Assembly (NCBI GenBank): GCA_050230475.1
Contig: JBFLGF010000197.1
Span: forward strand, 1 to 64,000
DNA: 64,000 bases
Origin: Ancylonema sp.
Lineage: Eukaryota
Direction of reading: 5' to 3'
Below the pieces are notes generated by a model that was not told where the DNA came from, searched no databases, and worked only from the letters and a program-made list of their open reading frames with translations. Made by a program: the position numbers and the translations under genes. This document shows, piece by piece, positions 39,094 to 50,363 of this stretch (position 1 is the first letter of the stretch; every line of letters starts with the position of its first letter).

Positions 39094-39146
39094 ATTACCT
39101 CCCCCACCACCGCGCGTTCCACTTTCTTCCTCGGAGTTGCATATTG
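39094..39146 (+). mobile_element. Short fragment of the CRE-like element 3' end
   Basis: TTACCTCCCCCACCACCGCGCGTTCCACTTTCTT..CGGAGTTGCATATTG is shared with the other copies. Confidence 0.7.
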
Positions 39147-39939
39147 CGGTGTCGGACAATATACGATCGGGTGTCCATATGGTGACTTATGGGGTAAATG
39201 GGCGAATGGGCCTATGCGATGAAATGGTGCAGGTGCGGGTATTTGTGTCCTTGAACCATGATTGACACATGCGTGGGTTTTGGCGCAATAATGTCTTAAT
39301 TTGGCACGTGCCCGGACGGGCGTATTTTAAACTCAAGTTTCGATTGTCGAATGAAGGCCTTAATGAACGCAATACCCTGCCATCAACAATGACTTTCCCG
39401 GAGACGGACTTCCAGCAACATGATGTCAGACAACTGTAGATCCATATATTTCGTCCGATAAAATTACGGAAGTACGGCACTACAAGCTATCGGCAGTGCT
39501 GTTGTGGGGATGGGTGTGCAATAGATCATTCATTCGAGATCTGAACACCTCGGGAACCGCCGGAAAATTCACTTTGCAAACCATCTTTGTAATCTGATCG
39601 CGATTCGGTTGGTATTGTCGGCTTATGTGAGTTCTTGCATTTGTGAGTGATGATCTTTTCCATTCCAATCGGCAGCATTAGCATTGTACTAGTACCTTCA
39701 AGTTTCAAACACCATACGTTTAGGCCAAAGGCATTACCTTGCCTTAGGTAGTCTTGGCATGTGTATACTCGATTGGGATGTACAATGACTAGGTTATTAA
39801 ACGCGCACATGTGTGTCGCGGATCTCGACTAGATCATTAGACTATGTGTTACAACCATGCAGCAAAATATAGAGACAATGTTCGATATAACACTAGGATC
39901 ACACATGAAAATATGACACGATGCTAGACGGCACGACAT

Positions 39940-40733
39940 CAGTTTACCACATCATTCGTGAGTCGCGCCAGCACGCGCATCGGGAGCGCACTGGCTTCCT
40001 TCCTTCATCGGCTCCCGGGGGGCGTGGAGGGCGTGTCGATATTGTGATTTCGGATGCTGCGGTGGGGCACACTTTGGTCGACATTGTCGTTGCAGACCCT
40101 ACCCGTCATGATTTGGTGGAGCACGTCGCTAGACATGACCTTTTTGCTGCCAGAGATGCAGAGCGAAGGAAGGAAACCCACTATCAGGATCGCGCAGTTG
40201 GGACGAAAATTGTGCCCTTTGCTCTTGAGATTTACAGTGCATTGTGTGATAGGTCGGATCGATTTTTGGTCGAGTGTGCCACGTTAGCATCTAGGGAGGG
40301 TGCAGGATTAGGGCCCTCCGTTAGCTTGTTGTGCACATGGTTCCGTCAGAGAGTGTCGACTGCATTGCAACGGTCGCTAGCACATGCGATACATGCTAGA
40401 ACCCTACATCTAGAGCAATTCATGGCCTTGTTACCCCCCCCCGCCACCGCGCGTTCCACTTTCTTCTTCGGAGTTGCATATTGTTGCTAGTTTTGTCTAG
40501 TACGATCAACTCACATATTTGTCGTTTTTTTTAGGACATGCTGTTTCTTTACAGGCACGTTCTTGTAATGAGATGGTATTCCCTTCGTTTTTCAATAATA
40601 TACAATTCTCTGCATATTGTTGCTAGTTTTTTCTAGTTCGATCCGCTCACATATTTGTCGTTTTTAAGGATATGTAGTTTCTTTACAGGCACGTTCTTAT
40701 AATTAGATGGGGTTCCCGTCGTTTTTCAATAAT
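39940..40733 (+). mobile_element. Best-preserved CRE-like RLE retroelement 3' end, followed by a tandem repeat of its 3' UTR (40611-40733)
   Basis: Open frame GRVDIVISD...LVDIVVADP...AERRKETHY...IVPFALEIY, a typical RLE motif order. Confidence 0.75.
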
Positions 40734-41314
40734 GTATTAGTGTATAATCACATCGCAATATCGCAAGATAGGGAAATAAATTAAAAAATATGTGCCGATC
40801 GACGATCACCACCCAAACCTGTTGGTTGAGCACCTTCAGTCATCTGGAACGTTTGTTGCATACTTTTTCAGTATTGACGACTGATAATTTTCGTAAAGAC
40901 CAACAATTGCCCGTGAAGACTGTATTATATCCACTCTATACAAAACTTTTGCAAAAAAAAAAACATGTTTCATATATATATATATATATGCAATGTCTTA
41001 TTCGTCCTAGCGTGCTTTATCCGTCGTCGTATATTGTGAGCCGTCGATGCATAACCAACGGCGCGATCTGCGTCTACTTTGTTAGCGGTACACCGTTTTT
41101 GATGTTCTAGAAGATGGCTCATGACAGCGCTCTTCACTGCCTAGCCGCGACGTAGTGTCTCGGATAGACAGCCTCCTCCTCGCCCCACGCTTTTCATCGG
41201 GGATCAAGTTCACAGACTGATCAGATTCTCACAAGCCACTGTTACCGATAGGAATATTTCTACCCGGAATCACATTACAGTACTTCTGTATCGCGCGGTT
41301 GGTTTGACGGCAGC

Positions 41315-44300
41315 ATGGCGGCCATCATGGCGGGAGCCGCGACTCTTGTACCTGGCAGTGCCTGTGCTCGTACGAGCCACTCCGAAACTTCCAGCAATTC
41401 TCAGACTGGACAATGTGCTAACTTGCATTCTGGTTTAAGAACAGCCGGAAGCAAGCAGTCCCTGTCCAGCTCGGCTGCCTTTTCTCCCCTCTTCGCCGTC
41501 AAATCCCGAGTAAATTCTGCAAGATCTTCCCGCAGCAGAACGGTGACCAAGAGTATGGCCAAAGAGCTGGTTTTCAACAAGGATGGAGCTGCAATGAAGA
41601 GACTGCAGGTGAACAAACGATCAAAAAAATCTGAACGTATATTAAACACCCATTGACACCAGACAAATGTTCATGAGACCATGGGAAAGTGTAGCAGCTC
41701 ATTTCAGCGAAGCGTCCTCCTTTATTTGTTCTGTCACGAATTCAGTGATCGTAAGTGGCTGAAGAGGATAAGGTCGGTGGGGTTCGGCTCGATAAATAGT
41801 TTTCAGCTCATGTGAAATACCTTCATGTGGTGAGTCATACCAAGGAGCAACAACTGTCAAGCAACAGCTGTCAAGATATGTACATGCAGTGGTCCTTTCC
41901 TGCACGCGGACTCAGAATACACTGATCGACTACATGCTCTGCTAGCATCATCCATAACTTTCACTGAGCATGTTATATATTAACGATCAAGATCTTTTGT
42001 CAAATTTGGTATCAATGTGACCCAACTTAAGTCATTCGCCATTGCAGGCTGGTGTGAACAAGCTCGCAGACCTGGTTGGAGTGACCTTGGGCCCTAAGGG
42101 TCGTAATGTGGTGTTGGAGAGCAAGTATGGTCCTCCCAAGATTGTGAATGACGGAGTCACAGTGGCAAAGGAAGTGAGTGTCTTTCAACCTTCAGTGCAG
42201 CCTCGTACTTGCCCTGAGAAGCATGCCGTTGCAGTTCAACCAATCAAAATGGTGTTTTGGCAAGATATATTTGTGCATTGGTTCGTTTTCCCTTAACACC
42301 ATCCATGCCTCCGTCTTGTGTACTTCAGAATATTTTCGGCATTCGCCAATTTTCAAAAACGAATTTTTATTATACGTAGCAATCATGTTGTAGCCGGATC
42401 GAAGGTGATGTAATATTTTTTGCAGACAAGAGCGTTTGAGGGCCTCCTTTCTGGTCGTTTTACGAATAACGCAGTCAACATACACGCACAAGAAAACTAT
42501 ATAACATTGCTGTAAATTCTGGACATTATATATCTGGAACGCGTCCTACTAGAATACATTGTAGAGGCGTGAACTAACACCAGTCATTTTTTGACGCACT
42601 AGGTCGAGCTGGAAGATCCAGTGGAGAACATTGGTGCCAAGCTGGTGCGACAGGCTGCGGCCAAGACCAATGACCTGGCAGGAGATGGGACCACGACCTC
42701 AGTGGTGCTGGCTCAGGGGATGATTGCAGAGGGCATGAAAGTAGTGGCAGCAGGGGCCAACCCAATCCAGATCACACGTGGCATTGACAAGACAGTGACG
42801 GCTCTGGTCGCTGCTCTCAAGGAAATGTCAAAGGAGGTATGGCTGCCTGATCTTGACCAGTGTATGGAGTTCATAAAGTAAAACGAGTGGATGAGATGGT
42901 CATCATGTCTGCTGGCCGGTCATGTGTGCTGTTCACATGTCTTAAGCTGTAGGGTGGGATGGGTTTTGGTGCACACAGTGCCTGCTTCACTGCCCATGAG
43001 CAGTGGAGCTCATCGTTCCGAGCAGCCCACAAGAGGCTTGTCTGACTGATTCTGAGAGATAGCACAGCTGCACGAGCCTTCTGTACTTGTCTTCATATCG
43101 ACTGAACGAGTTGAGCATGGAGGACAGCGAGCTTGCTGATTGGCAGCTGTGTCAGCTGGCAACAACTACGAGGTGGGGCAGATGAAGGCCATGAGCAAAG
43201 TGGGCCGTGAGTGGTGACGCTCGAGGAGGGGAAAACGCCACGCTCTATGTCGTGGAAGGCATGCAGGTAACATAACCTTTTTACTGTTGGAGTCTGAAAG
43301 GGAAAAAAGGGAACAAGAGGGGGATGAGAGAGCACAGGTGTGGAGGACAGAGACTGGGTAGGGGTCATCGTGGAGCGTGAAGCAGTAAATTAGGTGGGAT
43401 CAACGAATTGGAAGAATGATGCCTGTGGGGGAGGGGTCGTATGGAAAGCGGAAAATAGAGATACATCTTCATGGAGCAGATCCGTTGAAGCTGAAAGTGG
43501 CTGTGATGATGTAAGCTTCTGCTGTCGAGCGATAAGGACCTCTACCAACTCTATGAATACTGTAATGGACATCAGTAGTCACTAGATACATACACATATG
43601 AGCGGAGTGTGTCTGCGATAGGTTCAAGCAGCGGAGGCGTGGCCATCATTCAAGTTGGGGCACAAACGGAGACGGAGCTCAAGGAGAAGAAGCTGAGAGT
43701 GGAGGATGCCCTGAACGCCACCAAGGTAACAACGTGGAAGGATGGGGAATGCAAGGTGAGAGGGGGATGGGGGATGGGGGGGGCTGGGGCAGTGGGGAGG
43801 CTGGGGGGGAGGTATATGGGACACCAAGTAGGGTAAGAAGGGGAGGTAGGCTGGCAACATGTAGATTGGAGAAGAGGAGCGGAGGCTCGAGGTTCAGGAC
43901 ATACTGTAGGTGGGGACCGCTGATTCGGACTCAAAAGGCAAGTGTTGAGCCCAATTCTGAATTCTTTTCTGACGAGATGGTGTGTGGGTCACCCGGTATT
44001 GGGTATGCAGGCAGCAGTGGAGGAGGGTATTGTGGTGGGGGGAGGGTGCACACTCCTACGGTTATCTCTCAAGGTGGACGAAATCAAAGCCACTTTGGAG
44101 AACGACGAGCAGAAGGTGAGGGGGACAGAGGGGGACAGAGGGGGGAGGGGGGAGGTGATTGTTCAGGATTCTATGGGGGCAGGAGAGAGAGAGAGAGAGG
44201 GAGAGAGGGGGTTGTACACGTGTTTTGTTCAGGGTTTAGTACTTGTGGTAATGTGTCTGGGTGGCGCAGAGGTAGAAGAAGGGTGTTCGATTGAGATGAG

Positions 44301-45792
44301 GTTGTGTGAGTTCCTCTGTCTGTCAGATGATGTGCCACCTGGCATATGCTAGTTTGGCAGTCGAGTATGGATGAGAAGCAGGGTAGAGGAAGAGAAGTGA
44401 GAATAGTCGATGTTGAGTCTGGGCCGGTACTGTGATAAGAGTGAGCAGGAAGGAAACCTGATGTGGGGTATAGAATATGGGATATGAGAAATGGGATTCA
44501 GTTTTCGAGACGGAGTTGGGGTTGACTGGGGGTGGTTTGGGATTTGGGGTTCAGGTTGGAGCCGATATCGTGAAGCGGTCGCTGGCATACCCTTTGAAAC
44601 TCATCGCAAAGAACGCTGGTGTGAACGGGAGCGTGGTTGTGGAGAAGGTAATTTCAGAAGCATCCTCACTACTTCCGGTCTAGATATGATTCGTATCAAT
44701 AAAATCAGGCCCATACTCTTGTTAACCTGGAATCGCAGAGGCCTTTTTGGATCCTACAGAATCGTTTGGTGGTGTAGAGTCGGTTCGGTACGAGTATGGT
44801 ACGCATGCTTTGTCGTTCTCATTCCACACACATTGGGAAGTGGTGAAATGTATTCTGCGCTGCGACTCACGATGATGATGTCATCGATAGCTTGGTTTTA
44901 GAACGTGGTGAGGTGCGGCGGGGATGGCGGAATAATAGAAGGGAGCAGATTGGGTAGGAGGAAATGGTGATCCTCATTCCTTCATTTTGATTTTGGTTCT
45001 CTTGTGCGACGCTGGTTTCAGGTGAAGGCGAACCCGAATGTTAACTACGGTTACAACGCAGGCACAGGCGTGTATGAGGACTTGATGGCAGCAGGAATCA
45101 TTGACCCTGCCAAGGTAACCCTCCCTACTCATCGCCCCGCCACCTGATTCTTTATAGAACAGAGCACAACATACAAACAAAGATCGAGAAATGGATGTGG
45201 GAGTGGGAGAGAAACCGGCTTTTCTCTCAGTCCAAGAACGAAAAAACAAGAAGGAGACGGAGAGCGGTGACCTCATGATCCCTCTCTTTTTTTGGGTTTT
45301 TGGGATGTGTCTGCAGGTGGTGAGGTGCTGTTTGGAACACGCTGCCTCTGTCGCGAAAACTTTCCTCACCTGCGACGTGGTCGTGGTGGATATCAAGGAG
45401 CCGGAGGCGGCGCCAGCTGGCGGGAACGCAATGGACAACTCAGGTACGTGGCAGCTGTAGGGGAAGAAAAAGGGGGTTTCGTTATTATGACTGAGAGTGC
45501 ACAGCAGGCGAAGGGCATGAAGGGCGGTTTTCGGTTACTCGGGTTTGGTGTGTCGTGGATGTGTACTCCCTGTGGAGGAAAGTGGTTTCTGCGGTTGCTT
45601 TTCCAGTATGTGCTTTTGTGTGGTTCATGGCAGCAATGAATGGCTGTAGGGAATATGCTGTGAGCTACTCGTGCAGAAATGGTGTATGCAGTCTCGCCCC
45701 GGCTTCTTCTTACTACGTGTCTGGCATTCATTGGTTGTGATGCCATGCCATGCTGATCTTGTGCATGTCACTTTGCAGGCTACGGCTTCTAG
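41315..45792 (+). CDS. CPN60B: Plastid chaperonin 60 beta subunit; clean exons 41315-41608, 42048-42173, 42603-42836, ~43630-43725, 44011-44115, 44555-44647, 45022-45114, 45317-45443, 45779-45792; centre (~43110-43625) frameshifted or missing
   Basis: [57 protein letters not shown] and C-terminal NAMDNSGYGF, after a transit peptide. Confidence 0.85.
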
Positions 45793-48536
45793 GAAGGCGT
45801 GGAAGGGCAGTGATGAGCGGTCGATGAGTTTTTGTTGGTAACTTGGTCAAGCTTTCGAGCTCTGGGCCATTTTTAATGCCTGTGTTTAGTATCATGGTAC
45901 TCTGCGACTTATTTGAGAATCGTGGTACACCAATGATGCGTAGCAGTTAAATTCCTACAGACGAGATGGGCAATGGGAATCAATTTTGTTTGAGAATGCC
46001 ATAAAGTGTATTCCTTTTTGTCAGGTAATGACTCGATCTGAGCATATGCCCACCTTATTTGCGTGTTGGAAATATAGGCAAGCTGCCAGTCGACACATGT
46101 GTTCCAAATTCAATCTGAGAGAATCCGCTGTGAGACTCAATGGCTCTTTCAGATGTGACGAAAAGCTTCCTGCTTCTAATGTCTCCGACATCACTCTCAG
46201 AACAGGACAATAATAATAGCTGACAATTTGAACAAAATCAATATGTAGGATGTTGCAGAGCAAATCCCTGAGAATTACAGTGGAGGCATACTCTGTTCAA
46301 TCATGCAGGACAAGGAATATGAACAGCAATATATTAGTTGCCTCCCTACAAGTAGCAATATATCAGTAGCCTCCCTACAAGTATCCTGAGACGATAGCCC
46401 TTGGGTGGAAGTAACTTATCACTTGCATCATTCAAAAATGTTGTGTCAAAGATGTGACATTACAGCATGAATATCATTGATTCACTACGACAGGGACATC
46501 TGCCTTTCATTACATGTGAGCTCCTTTTCAGCACTACATTCTGAGGACCCATGCACTCCTCGGACACCTGAAGCTTCCACAACATAAGTGCACGAGGCGG
46601 GAGGTAGATGTGGAGAAAATATGACACTCATTTCTCTGCAGCCACGTTCAAGAATCGCTCGTTCTGCATCCGAAAACTGCTGAAGAAGTTCGTTCGTTCG
46701 TATGGAGGTTTTGGAGAGAAAAATCCTCGTGCTGATACAATTACTCCATGCCAGGCCCAAAGAAGCAACTACCTTTCGGCCAGAAGATACTATTTCTGAC
46801 GTCCCAAGTTCTGATCGGGAGACTTTGCCATTCTCTGCAATGACGTCTGTGGCCTGATTGGTAACAACAACTGCCACATTATACTTGTCCGCAAGCAGCC
46901 TCAGATGCTTGGAGACGCAGAAGAGCATGCTTGCCCGTTCTGTGACAGCAATATCAACCTCGCCCCTGAAGATTGCTGCAATTGAGTCAATGATCANAAG
47001 GGGAAGAAAAAGGGGGTTTCGTTATTATGACTGAGAGTGCACAGCAGGCGAAGGGCATGAAGGGCGGTTTTCGGTTACTCGGGTTTGGTGTGTCGTGGAT
47101 GTGTACTCCCTGTGGAGGAAAGTGGTTTCTGCGGTTGCTTTTCCAGTATGTGCTTTTGTGTGGTTCATGGCAGCAATGAATGGCTGTAGGGAATATGCTG
47201 TGAGCTACTCGTGCAGAAATGGTGTATGCAGTCTCGCCCCGGCTTCTTCTTACTACGTGTCTGGCATTCATTGGTTGTGATGCCATGCCATGCTGATCTT
47301 GTGCATGTCACTTTGCAGGCTACGGCTTCTAGGAAGGCGTGGAAGGGCAGTGATGAGCGGTCGATGAGTTTTTGTTGGTAACTTGGTCAAGCTTTCGAGC
47401 TCTGGGCCATTTTTAATGCCTGTGTTTAGTATCATGGTACTCTGCGACTTATTTGAGAATCGTGGTACACCAATGATGCGTAGCAGTTAAATTCCTACAG
47501 ACGAGATGGGCAATGGGAATCAATTTTGTTTGAGAATGCCATAAAGTGTATTCCTTTTTGTCAGGTAATGACTCGATCTGAGCATATGCCCACCTTATTT
47601 GCGTGTTGGAAATATAGGCAAGCTGCCAGTCGACACATGTGTTCCAAATTCAATCTGAGAGAATCCGCTGTGAGACTCAATGGCTCTTTCAGATGTGACG
47701 AAAAGCTTCCTGCTTCTAATGTCTCCGACATCACTCTCAGAACAGGACAATAATAATAGCTGACAATTTGAACAAAATCAATATGTAGGATGTTGCAGAG
47801 CAAATCCCTGAGAATTACAGTGGAGGCATACTCTGTTCAATCATGCAGGACAAGGAATATGAACAGCAATATATTAGTTGCCTCCCTACAAGTAGCAATA
47901 TATCAGTAGCCTCCCTACAAGTATCCTGAGACGATAGCCCTTGGGTGGAAGTAACTTATCACTTGCATCATTCAAAAATGTTGTGTCAAAGATGTGACAT
48001 TACAGCATGAATATCATTGATTCACTACGACAGGGACATCTGCCTTTCATTACATGTGAGCTCCTTTTCAGCACTACATTCTGAGGACCCATGCACTCCT
48101 CGGACACCTGAAGCTTCCACAACATAAGTGCACGAGGCGGGAGGTAGATGTGGAGAAAATATGACACTCATTTCTCTGCAGCCACGTTCAAGAATCGCTC
48201 GTTCTGCATCCGAAAACTGCTGAAGAAGTTCGTTCGTTCGTATGGAGGTTTTGGAGAGAAAAATCCTCGTGCTGATACAATTACTCCATGCCAGGCCCAA
48301 AGAAGCAACTACCTTTCGGCCAGAAGATACTATTTCTGACGTCCCAAGTTCTGATCGGGAGACTTTGCCATTCTCTGCAATGACGTCTGTGGCCTGATTG
48401 GTAACAACAACTGCCACATTATACTTGTCCGCAAGCAGCCTCAGATGCTTGGAGACGCAGAAGAGCATGCTTGCCCGTTCTGTGACAGTAATATCAACCT
48501 CGCCCCTGTAGATTGCTGCGATTGAGTCAATGATCA
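45459..48536. repeat. 1538-bp direct duplication (45459-46996 / 46999-48536) flanking the N at 46997
   Basis: Offset 1540. Differences noted at 46949, 46969 and 46980. Confidence 0.95.
46485..46996 (-). pseudogene. XRCC3: Partial XRCC3 duplicate (3' half), probably a redundant contig end
   Basis: Matches 48025-48536 and is truncated by the N. Confidence 0.6.
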
Positions 48537-48957
48537 CCAGACGTAAAGGACTTGAAGAAGGTAGCATGAGCTGGAGTGGAAGCCTCCACTCGAGGAAGCT
48601 CTGAAGCTCCTCGGGTGTGTAAACTTGCGTGATAAAGACATTATCACACGGCCCGCTACCACCAAGTGTCCACTCCGGATATCGTAAAGTTGCAAGCTCG
48701 TGTAATCGATCCAGAGGGAACCGTCCTTCAGTGTATACGTATAGGCAGCTACCTGCCAGACCGCCAGCCGAGAGAGGTAGCTGCGCTTGCAGGGCAAGCT
48801 GCAGACAAGTCTGCGTTTTTGCAGCTGTACTCTCACCAGCAAGCTCAGTGATGCTGCGACATGGCACCCCACCACCGAGCACTCGGTCGAGGATAGGACA
48901 GCCAAGACTACACTTCTGTGTGATGTCCCGAGATGACAAAATTCTGTGGGTAGGCAT
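48025..48957 (-). CDS. XRCC3: DNA repair protein XRCC3 (RAD51 paralog), intronless, 310 aa
   Basis: KCSLGCPILDRVLGGGVPCRSITELAGES, LYVYTEGRFPLDRL, RLVIIDSIAA, VVVTNQ, LGLAWSNCISTRIFL and FSPHLP. Confidence 0.92.
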   Translation of the reverse strand: MPTHRILSSRDITQKCSLGCPILDRVLGGGVPCRSITELAGESTAAKTQTCLQLALQAQLPLSAGGLAGSCLYVYTEGRFPLDRLHELATLRYPEWTLGGSGPCDNVFITQVYTPEELQSFLEWRLPLQLMLPSSSPLRLVIIDSIAAIYRGEVDITVTERASMLFCVSKHLRLLADKYNVAVVVTNQATDVIAENGKVSRSELGTSEIVSSGRKVVASLGLAWSNCISTRIFLSKTSIRTNELLQQFSDAERAILERGCREMSVIFSPHLPPASCTYVVEASGVRGVHGSSECSAEKELTCNERQMSLS

Positions 48958-49306
48958 GCGAAGCGCCTGATGCAGAATGCATCAAGCCAGACGTGTTCAA
49001 AACCTGCAATCGTTTACTGCAGTTATCCGACCTTCAGCGGGAATGATTTTGACCTTCGTTCACGGAGTGATCAGCTAGTAAATTGTCATTTTCCCTTCAG
49101 ATGTTTCTGTGCATGCTAGATACTAGATGAAGGGGCATGGACCAAGAGCACGTTAAATTGTTTTTGGCGGGACGATATAAAAATGACCCATCATGCAATC
49201 GAATTCGACGAGTCAATCGGATACAACGGCGGGCCAATGGCAAAAGGAAGAAACGGAACGGTATGAGAACAGAATTGTGCGCAACAGTTGCGCCGGAACA
49301 CCAACT

Positions 49307-49720
49307 GGGCTTTGGTCGACATTGTTGTTGCGGACCCTACCCGTCGTGATTTGGTGGAGCGCGCCGCTAGACCATATCTCGTCGCCGCTACAGATGCGGA
49401 GCGAAGGAAGGAAACCCCCTATCGGTATCGCGTACCTGAGACGAAATTTGTGCCCTTCGCTCTTTAGACATGCGGTGCTTCGTCCGATAGATCGGATCGA
49501 TAGGTCGGAGCAATCCATGGCCTTGTTACCTCCCCCACCACCGCGCGCTCCACTCTGCGGAGTTGCATATTGTTGCTAGTTTTAAGAAGAGAAAGTGCTA
49601 GTTTTAGTTTTGCTAGTACGATCGGCTCACATATTTGTCGTTTTTAAGGATATGTAGTTTCTATACAGGCTCATTCTCATATTGAGATGAGGTTCCCGTC
49701 GTTTTTCAATAATATACAAT
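49307..49720 (+). mobile_element. Internally deleted CRE-like element 3' fragment
   Basis: Shares TTTGGTCGACATTGTTGTTGC..ACCCTACCCGTCGTGATTTGGTGGAGC and the 3' UTR with the other copies. Confidence 0.75.
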
Positions 49721-50363
49721 TTCCCATAACTGAGCTGGAACCAACAGTATAGAAACAGAGAGAGTGTGCAGAGATCGTGCGCGCGGTGGTGGTATGAGGC
49801 AACTTTTTCGATATAGGCGACGTGGTGCCTTGATTCTGTGGATTGCGCGTTATTCCGACCACAATCGAAGTATCTGCCAGCTCGGGTCTGCACTTCTCCG
49901 CATGAAATGGATTTGGTAATCCGCAAACTCCAATCCACAAAGTCCAAGTTTGCCAATAACCGTGGAGAGCCTACCCGCGCACACTTCTACGTCCACTTGT
50001 CGTGTGTCGACGGTCACATCAGATAACCCCAGTTTCGTTGGCCCGCGCTCCACCTCACTCCCATAAATCGGCCTGAATAAGTACATCGCTACTGGAAATG
50101 TCCGAACTGCAATCGGAAGAACCGAGGATACTGTTCTAGAAGTACATAATATGCGAGGATAAGATAGACAACGAGCAGGCTGTCTCATCGCAGGACTCGC
50201 ATCAACAAGCGCGTCACGCACTCACCAGGGAGCCTCCAGCTAGAGGCGTGCAGCATATGCGCCCTGTATCTTCAGAGATCTGCATGCACACTGGAGACGA
50301 ATAGACTTTGGTTCATCAACAGTCTTGCTGACGGGTAGCAGTGGTGGCAGCAGCCACTACTGA

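Noticed and set aside
41315..45792. groEL, rpmB (L28) and desaturase as bacterial contamination or recent HGT
   Set aside because: All have spliceosomal introns and transit peptides, so they are ordinary nuclear genes of endosymbiotic origin.
48025..48957. Intronless XRCC3 as a recent retrocopy
   Set aside because: No poly(A) or TSD is visible, and plant XRCC3 coding regions are, as I recall, normally intron-poor.
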